This document shows positions 58,550 through 64,000 of a stretch of DNA of 64,000 nt, in pieces. Under the pieces are notes generated by a model, which made no database searches, had not been told where the DNA came from, and worked only from the letters and a program-made list of their open reading frames with translations. The stretch is from an uncultured Chloroflexia bacterium. GTDB taxonomy: Bacteria > Chloroflexota > Limnocylindria > QHBO01. Location: NCBI GenBank assembly GCA_963822845.1, contig CAWGIY010000009.1, forward strand, positions 208,902-272,901. The letters run 5' to 3'. The stretch's first letter is position 1, and each line of letters opens with the position of its first letter. The translations under genes were made by a program, and so were the position numbers.

Positions 58550-58830
58550 CACGGCGAGATCAGTCGGGCGGAGGGATGACCGGTGCGACCGGTGACCTGA
58601 CGCCCGACGACATCCAGCGCGACTTCGAGCCCGGCGAGTGGCGCGAGGCGAGCGACCCCGCGCACCACGCGGACGTCACCCGCTCGCAGGGCTCACATGC
58701 CCACGAGCACGTCACCCGGAGCGAGCCCGAGGGCGAAGACGAGGCGCCGCCGGACGCCCACGAGACGCATGAGGCGCGCGAGTCCCGGATCGGCGGTGAC
58801 GAGAGCGCCGACCAGGAGGAGCACTTCTAG
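58546..58830 (+). CDS. hypothetical acidic His/Glu-rich small protein
   Basis: 94 aa ORF with ATGA overlap onto the upstream gene. Confidence 0.3.
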   Translation: MTRRDQSGGGMTGATGDLTPDDIQRDFEPGEWREASDPAHHADVTRSQGSHAHEHVTRSEPEGEDEAPPDAHETHEARESRIGGDESADQEEHF

Positions 58831-58836
58831 GGTCGG

Positions 58837-59100
58837 TCAGCCGACCGGCTGCTTGACGTTGGCGTCGTCGTCGACCTCGATCCCGTGGCGCTCGGCGGCC
58901 CGGAGGATCTTCCTGCGCGCCTCTTCCTTGGCGGTCTTGCTCTCGAAATCGGTCTGGTTGAAGCGCGCGATCGCGTTGCGGACGTGTGACTCGTCGTTGA
59001 TCGGCAGGTGCTCGCCCCCGTCGCTGTCGACGTAGGCGAACTGGTCCCTCCGCAGCTTGTCGCGGTCGTCGGCGTCGAGCTCAGCCATGGCCATCCCCAT
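58837..59100 (-). CDS. hypothetical small protein (..HLPINDESHVRNAIARFNQTDFESKTAKEEARRKI..)
   Basis: C-terminal ~87 aa of track ORF 58837..59439; the upstream part is an antisense artefact. Confidence 0.4.
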   Translation of the reverse strand: MGMAMAELDADDRDKLRRDQFAYVDSDGGEHLPINDESHVRNAIARFNQTDFESKTAKEEARRKILRAAERHGIEVDDDANVKQPVG

Positions 59101-59194
59101 TCGTTGCGTGGTCTGCCTCCGAGATCGCAGATCGCGTGCCGGGAGCGGCAAGCGCTTGCTCGGCACACGGCATGGCTCTTGCGTTGAGCGCCGC

Positions 59195-60163
59195 GTGACC
59201 CAGCCAACCGAGGCGATCATCGCGGCCCGCGACGTGACGCGCGCGTTCGACGGGCGCATCGTCGTGGACGACCTCAGCTTCGACGTCAGCCCCGCGACGA
59301 TCCTCGGCGTGATCGGGCCGAGCGGCTCGGGCAAGACGACGACGATCCGCATGCTCACCGGCACCCTCGGCCGGACGAAGGGCGACATCACGGTCATGGG
59401 CGAGGACCCGATGCGGTTCAGCCGCCGGGTCCGGGGCAAGCTCGCCTACATGCCCCAGCTCTTCAGCCTCTACGAGGACCTCTCCGCGCAGGAGAACGTC
59501 GGCTTCGTGGCCGCCCTGTACGGGATCGGTCCATTCAAGCGAACCGGGCGCATCAAGCGAGCGCTCGAGGTCGTCGATCTGCTCGACGCGCGCCACGTCT
59601 TCGCCCGCGACCTCTCGGGAGGGATGCAGCGACGGCTCGAGCTGGCATGCGCGCTGGTCCACGACCCCGAGATGCTCTTCATCGACGAGCCGACGGCGGG
59701 GATCGACCCGATGCTGCGCCAGGCGGTCTGGGACGAGCTGCGCCGGCTGCGCTCGGATGGACGGACACTGGTCGTCACCACCCAGTACGTCTCCGAGGCG
59801 GAGTACTGCGACCGGGTCGCGCTGATCCTCGACGGCGAGCTGGTCGCCCTTGACACGCCCGACGCCCTGCGCCAGATGGTCTTCGGTGGCGATGTGCTCG
59901 AGATCGCGGCCGATCGGGCTGTCGACCCTGACTTGCTGGCGAACGTGGCCGGCGTCAAGAACGTGCGCCAGCACGGGCCGCTGACCCTGACTGCCACCGT
60001 CTCGGATGCAGGGGCCCTGACGCCGCGCATCGTCGAGGCGATGCGCACCGCCGGCGTCGGCGTCGTGGGGATCGAGGAGCACCAGCCGACCTTCGACGAG
60101 GTCTTCACCGAGCTCGTCGGGCAGCGCCGTGCCGAGCGCAATGGCGACGCGTCCGATGGGTAG
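59195..60163 (+). CDS. ABC transporter ATP-binding protein (ABC-2 / DrrA-like)
   Basis: GTG start; Walker A GPSGSGKTT, signature LSGGMQRR, Walker B LFIDEPT. Confidence 0.85.
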   Translation: MTQPTEAIIAARDVTRAFDGRIVVDDLSFDVSPATILGVIGPSGSGKTTTIRMLTGTLGRTKGDITVMGEDPMRFSRRVRGKLAYMPQLFSLYEDLSAQENVGFVAALYGIGPFKRTGRIKRALEVVDLLDARHVFARDLSGGMQRRLELACALVHDPEMLFIDEPTAGIDPMLRQAVWDELRRLRSDGRTLVVTTQYVSEAEYCDRVALILDGELVALDTPDALRQMVFGGDVLEIAADRAVDPDLLANVAGVKNVRQHGPLTLTATVSDAGALTPRIVEAMRTAGVGVVGIEEHQPTFDEVFTELVGQRRAERNGDASDG

Positions 60164-61340
60164 CCTCGTCCGCATCGGCTCCTTCACCGGCAAGGAGCTC
60201 CGAGAGGTCATCCGCAGGCCCGGCGTGCTGTTCACCACGATCATCGGTCCCTTCGCGGTCATGCTCGTCTTCGGCCTCGGCTATTCGGGCTATCGCGCCC
60301 CGTTCACGACCGAGATCGTCATCCCCGAGGGCGTCGGCCTTCCGAGCGATCCGGAGTACTACGCCCAGCTCGCGCCCGGACGGCTGGTGGTCGAGGAGAT
60401 CGGGACCGATGCGGCCGCGGCCGAGCAGCGCCTCCGCGACGGAGAGATCGACCTCGTCATCGTCGCGCCCGAGGATGCCGTCGAAGAGCTGCGCAGTGGC
60501 CGCCAGACGACGATTCGTGTGATGTGGAACCAGGTCGACCCGGTGTACGACCAGCTCGCCGGGCTGGCGACCTCGATCCTCGTCAGCAGCCTGAACGCCG
60601 AGATCATCGAGTCCGCGGCGGCAGAGGGCATCGCGTTCGTCGAGGGTGAGGTCGGGGAGGAGGTCCCCGAGGTCCCGCCAGAGGTCGTGGCCCGTCCGAC
60701 GACCGCCGAGACCGAGAACCTCGCACCGAGCGAGCCGAGCGTCGTCAGCTACTTCGGCCCGGCGGTCTTCGCGCTCGTCATCCAGCATCTCGCGATCACG
60801 CTCACCGCCCTCTCGCTCGTGCGCGAGCGGCTCAGCGGCCAGCTGGACCGCTTCCGGGTGGCGCCGGTGACCTCCAGCGAGCTGCTCATCGGCAAGTACG
60901 TCGCTTACGCCGCGCTGAGCCTCGCGGTCGGCGGAGCCGTCGCAGCGCTCCTCGTCGGTGTCCTTGGCGTCCCGCTGCTCGGCGGCTGGCTGCCGCTCAT
61001 CGGCATCGTGCTGCTGCTGACGTTCGCGTCGCTCGGCGTCGGTCTCCTGATCTCGCTCGTCGCCGACTCCGAGCGCCAGGCCGTGCAGCTGTCGATGATC
61101 GTGCTGCTCGCGAGCGTCTTCTTCTCCGGCTTCGTCCTGCCGGTCACCGACTTCGCGGAGTGGACGCAGTACCTGGCCTACTCGCTGCCGGTGACGCACG
61201 GCATCGCGCTGCTCCAGGACATCATGTTGCGCGGCGAGGTGACCGCGCTGTGGATGGTCGCGGCGCTGGCCGTCATCGGGCTGGTGCTGTACGTCGGCTC
61301 GCTGCTGCGCCTGCGGCGGATCATGCGACAGGCGGATTGA
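60129..61340 (+). CDS. ABC-2 family transporter permease
   Basis: 403 aa; N-terminal TM, large extracytoplasmic loop, 5 C-terminal TM; partner of the preceding ATPase. Confidence 0.75.
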   Translation: MPSAMATRPMGSLVRIGSFTGKELREVIRRPGVLFTTIIGPFAVMLVFGLGYSGYRAPFTTEIVIPEGVGLPSDPEYYAQLAPGRLVVEEIGTDAAAAEQRLRDGEIDLVIVAPEDAVEELRSGRQTTIRVMWNQVDPVYDQLAGLATSILVSSLNAEIIESAAAEGIAFVEGEVGEEVPEVPPEVVARPTTAETENLAPSEPSVVSYFGPAVFALVIQHLAITLTALSLVRERLSGQLDRFRVAPVTSSELLIGKYVAYAALSLAVGGAVAALLVGVLGVPLLGGWLPLIGIVLLLTFASLGVGLLISLVADSERQAVQLSMIVLLASVFFSGFVLPVTDFAEWTQYLAYSLPVTHGIALLQDIMLRGEVTALWMVAALAVIGLVLYVGSLLRLRRIMRQAD

Positions 61341-61344
61341 CCGA

Positions 61345-61966
61345 TCAGGCCGGCGGCCCCTCCTGGGCCGCCCGCTGAGCGCGCAGCAGCAGCGAACCGG
61401 CCACCAGCGCGGCGACCGCCGGCAGGGTGAGGTAGGCCAGCAGCAGTGCGACGAGCCCCCGAACCGGGATCGGGTTATCGGGCACTGCGTCGCGGAGCGC
61501 CTCGAGCTCGTTCGGCGAGCGCGTCCAGCTCGACGCCGATCGCCTCGGCATCCGTGCGCACGTCGGAGACCGATCCCGACGAGACCTCGAGCGTCGCGGC
61601 CAGCTCCCCGGCCTGGTCGGCGGCATCGGCGAACTCGTCGGCGAGCGGCTGGAGCGGCTGGGTGCCGAAGATCGACAGGTTCATCGCCGCCGAGAGCGCG
61701 TCGAGCGTGGCACCCGCATCCGCGGACAGCGTGGCCGCCTGGGCGATCGAGCCCTCCGCGTTCACGAGGGAGGCGTCGATCGAGTCGAACGAGTCGGCGG
61801 CCGCCGCGGTGGAGCGTGCCGCCGCCTCCAGCGTCGTGTCGGTTGCCGCCGTGAGCCGCTCGAGCTGCCCGGCGGCGTCGAGGCCGAACGTGAAGCCGAC
61901 GATCGAGAGGGCCAGGCCGACGAGGCCGTAGGCGACCAGTCCCCATGCCAGCGTGGAGCGTCCCAT
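61345..61966 (-). CDS. hypothetical membrane protein with Ala-rich coiled segment, frameshift near 61500
   Basis: ORF 61475..61966 (N-terminal TM, ..LDALAERA) continues as ..LEALRDAVPDNPIPVRGLVALLLAYLTLPAVAALVAG.. in ORF 61345..61626. Confidence 0.4.
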
Positions 61967-61971
61967 GATCC

Positions 61972-62497
61972 TCAGTCCTCGGCGAAGAAGGGGTCGTCGC
62001 CGTACAGCTCGAGCCAGCGACGGCGCATCTGTCGGATCGTGGCGGCCACGGCGGCGTCGGGCGTTCCGGGCGGCAGGAGGCTCCCGATCGCGGCGCGCAC
62101 GCGGTCGCTGTTCTCCATGCCGAGCAGCGCCAGGTAGTCGGCCACGCGCTGCGCCGCGCCCTTGCCACGCGCCCGCTCGCGGACGAGGACGTCGGCCTCG
62201 TGGTCGAGGGCGCCGGCGTAGTCCGCGTCGGTGCGCTCGATCTCGGCGAGGAGGAGCGGGATGTCCTCCAGCCGCGGGTCGGAGTATGCCCAGCGCAGGA
62301 AGCTGTCGTTCGGGCCGGCCTGGCGGTCGTGATGGCCGGCGTGGAACTGCTGGAGGTACTGCCGGCGTTCTGCCTCGGTGCGTGTCAGCGCGATCTGGAC
62401 GAGGTGGCGCATCTCCGGCGTCCAGCGTCGGAGGGATTCGACGAACTGGCGCAGCGTGAGGCTGCCGGCGGGCTGGGGTTGAAATCGATGCTCATGA
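61972..62497 (-). CDS. hypothetical protein (His-rich motifs HVHEHRF / HAGHHD)
   Basis: C-terminal ~175 aa of track ORF 61972..63147; putative GTG start just downstream of a GTATAC motif. N-terminal part of the track ORF is antisense to the SBP gene. Confidence 0.35.
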
Positions 62498-62574
62498 ACA
62501 TGCTGCACGGGCGACCGTATACTAGCCGCCGTGCGCCGAGCCCTGTCCCTGGCCCTCCCCATGGCGTGGGCCGC

Positions 62575-64000
62575 ATGAGGCGCGCGAGGGGGGTCTTCGC
62601 GGTCGTCTTCGCGGTCCTGCTCGCCCTCGTGGCGACCACTGCCGGTGCGCCGATTCAGGCGGCGGGGCCGCCGCTGCGCTTCCTGGCCGGACCCGCCGGC
62701 ACGCTCGATCCGGCGTTCATCGCCGATGCCGCCGACGTCCAGCTGCTGCTCCAGCTCTACGCCGGGCTGACGCGCCTCGACGAACGCGGCGAGGCGTATC
62801 CATCCCTCGCCTCGGGCTGGGAGGTGAGTGACGACGGGCTGACCTACCGCTTCACCCTGCGCGACGACCTCGTGTTCAGCGACGGCTCGCCCCTCGTCGC
62901 CGAGGACGTCCGCCGCTCGTGGCTGCGGCTGCTCGACCCGGCCACCGGCGCGAGCGCGCCCGACGTGCTCACCGTGATCGAGGGCGCCAGCTGAGCGCCA
63001 CGCCGGCGCGGTGGGCGATGACGAGGTCGGCATCGAGGCGCCGGACGACACCACGCTCGTCGTGCAGCTGCGCCATCCGGCGTCGTACTTCGTCGAGATC
63101 ACCGCGACGCCGGCGACGTTCGTCGTCCCGCCGGCCGCGGACGCCACCCCGACCTGGCAGACGCCGGACGCATTCGTCGGCAGCGGCCCGTACGTCGTCG
63201 CCGAGACCGATGGCGCCGACCTCGTGCTGCGGGCGAACGAGCACTACGTCGCCGGACCGCCGCCGATCGACGAGATCCGCTGGATCGCGACGATCGAGAG
63301 CAACGGCACCACGGCCTTCGCGAACGACGAGGTCGATCTCGTGCAGGTACCCGGCTGGGACGCCACGTGGATCGCGTTCGACGCGGATCTCGGCCCATCC
63401 CTGCACGCCGCCGAGCCGCTATCGGTCAGCTACTTCGGCTTCGACACGGCCAGGCCGCCGTTCGACGACGAGCGGGTCCGCCGCGCCTTCGCCCTCGCGA
63501 TCGAAGGAGAGCGCCTGGTCGCGCTGGCCGAGGGTGCGTCGGCGACGGCAGCCGACAGCCTCGTCCCGCCGGCGATCTGGCCGGACGGCTTCTCGCCGGC
63601 GTCGGACCACGATCCCGACGAGGCGCGCCGCCTGCTCGACGAGGCAGGGTATGGCGACCGCTCCGACCTCGGCACGATCGTCGTGAGCGGCGCCGGGCTC
63701 GGCGTCGGCCCGGCCGTCGAGATCTGGCGCGAGGAGCTCGGTGCCGACATCGAGATCGAGGTGATGGACTTCGCGGAGTACCTCGCCGTGCTCGACTCGC
63801 GGCCGCCGGGCATCTTCACGGTCAACTGGATCGCCGACTACCCGTCGCCGCACGCGATCTACGGCCTCCTCCTCGAGCCGGGCGCCGGGAGCAACTACGG
63901 CGACTGGCGCGACGATCAGTTCGTCGAGCTGCTCGAGGCGGCGGCGCGTGCGCCGGAGGCCGAGGTCGGGGCCGCATACGACGCGGTGGACGCGTACGTC
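62575..64000 (+). CDS. ABC transporter substrate-binding protein, family 5 (peptide/nickel/opine type), frameshift near 62988, 3' end outside the window
   Basis: Signal peptide MRRARGVFAVVFAVLLALVATTAG; ..DVQLLLQLYAGLTRLDE.. then, after VIEGA|, ..VGDDEVGIEAPDDTTLVVQLRHPASYFVEITATPATFVV.. in another frame, open to the window end. Confidence 0.75.

Overview
High-GC (~70%) chromosomal segment, apparently from an Actinobacteria-like or Chloroflexi-like organism that uses coenzyme F420 (Ddn-like and LLM-class enzymes present). It is densely packed with housekeeping and accessory genes on both strands. From the left the window carries: a conserved block scpA-scpB-rluB-cmk-plsC-ispH ... der-gpsA; tRNA-Pro; a potassium-uptake supra-operon on the minus strand (a decayed kdpD kinase half, kdpE, an orphan receiver, two tandem kdpF-like peptides, kdpA, kdpB, kdpC, a stand-alone KdpD N-terminal sensor gene and a KimA-type K+ importer); molybdenum-cofactor genes (moeA, a moaC-mogA fusion); a beta-oxidation electron-transfer module (EtfD-like membrane Fe-S oxidoreductase, Lrp regulator, aminotransferase, Rieske fusion, acyl-CoA dehydrogenase, etfBA); a GntR-controlled ABC sugar locus with a family 4 glycoside hydrolase 6-phospho-glycosidase (GH4), a SIS-domain protein, a CE4 deacetylase and a BadF-type kinase; a stand-alone LigD polymerase domain; nrdR, dcd, tRNA-Arg; a periplasmic redox/copper neighbourhood (cupredoxins, TlpA-like redoxin, glutaredoxin-like protein, CcdA, aquaporin, a Cys-rich polytopic membrane protein); and ABC transporters. 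Two things need explaining. First, an unusually large number of genes carry +1/-1 frameshifts, including ispH, gpsA, kdpB, nrdR and dcd; several sit at homopolymer runs (kdpB, ispH, nrdR) and two occur as compensating pairs, pointing to indel-type sequencing error more than to pseudogenes. Second, a family of AT-rich GTATATAC palindromes sits in 5' regions. No CRISPR array, integrase or prophage is evident. Coordinates that I indexed by hand may be off by +/-1 to 2 nt; those taken from the ORF track are exact.
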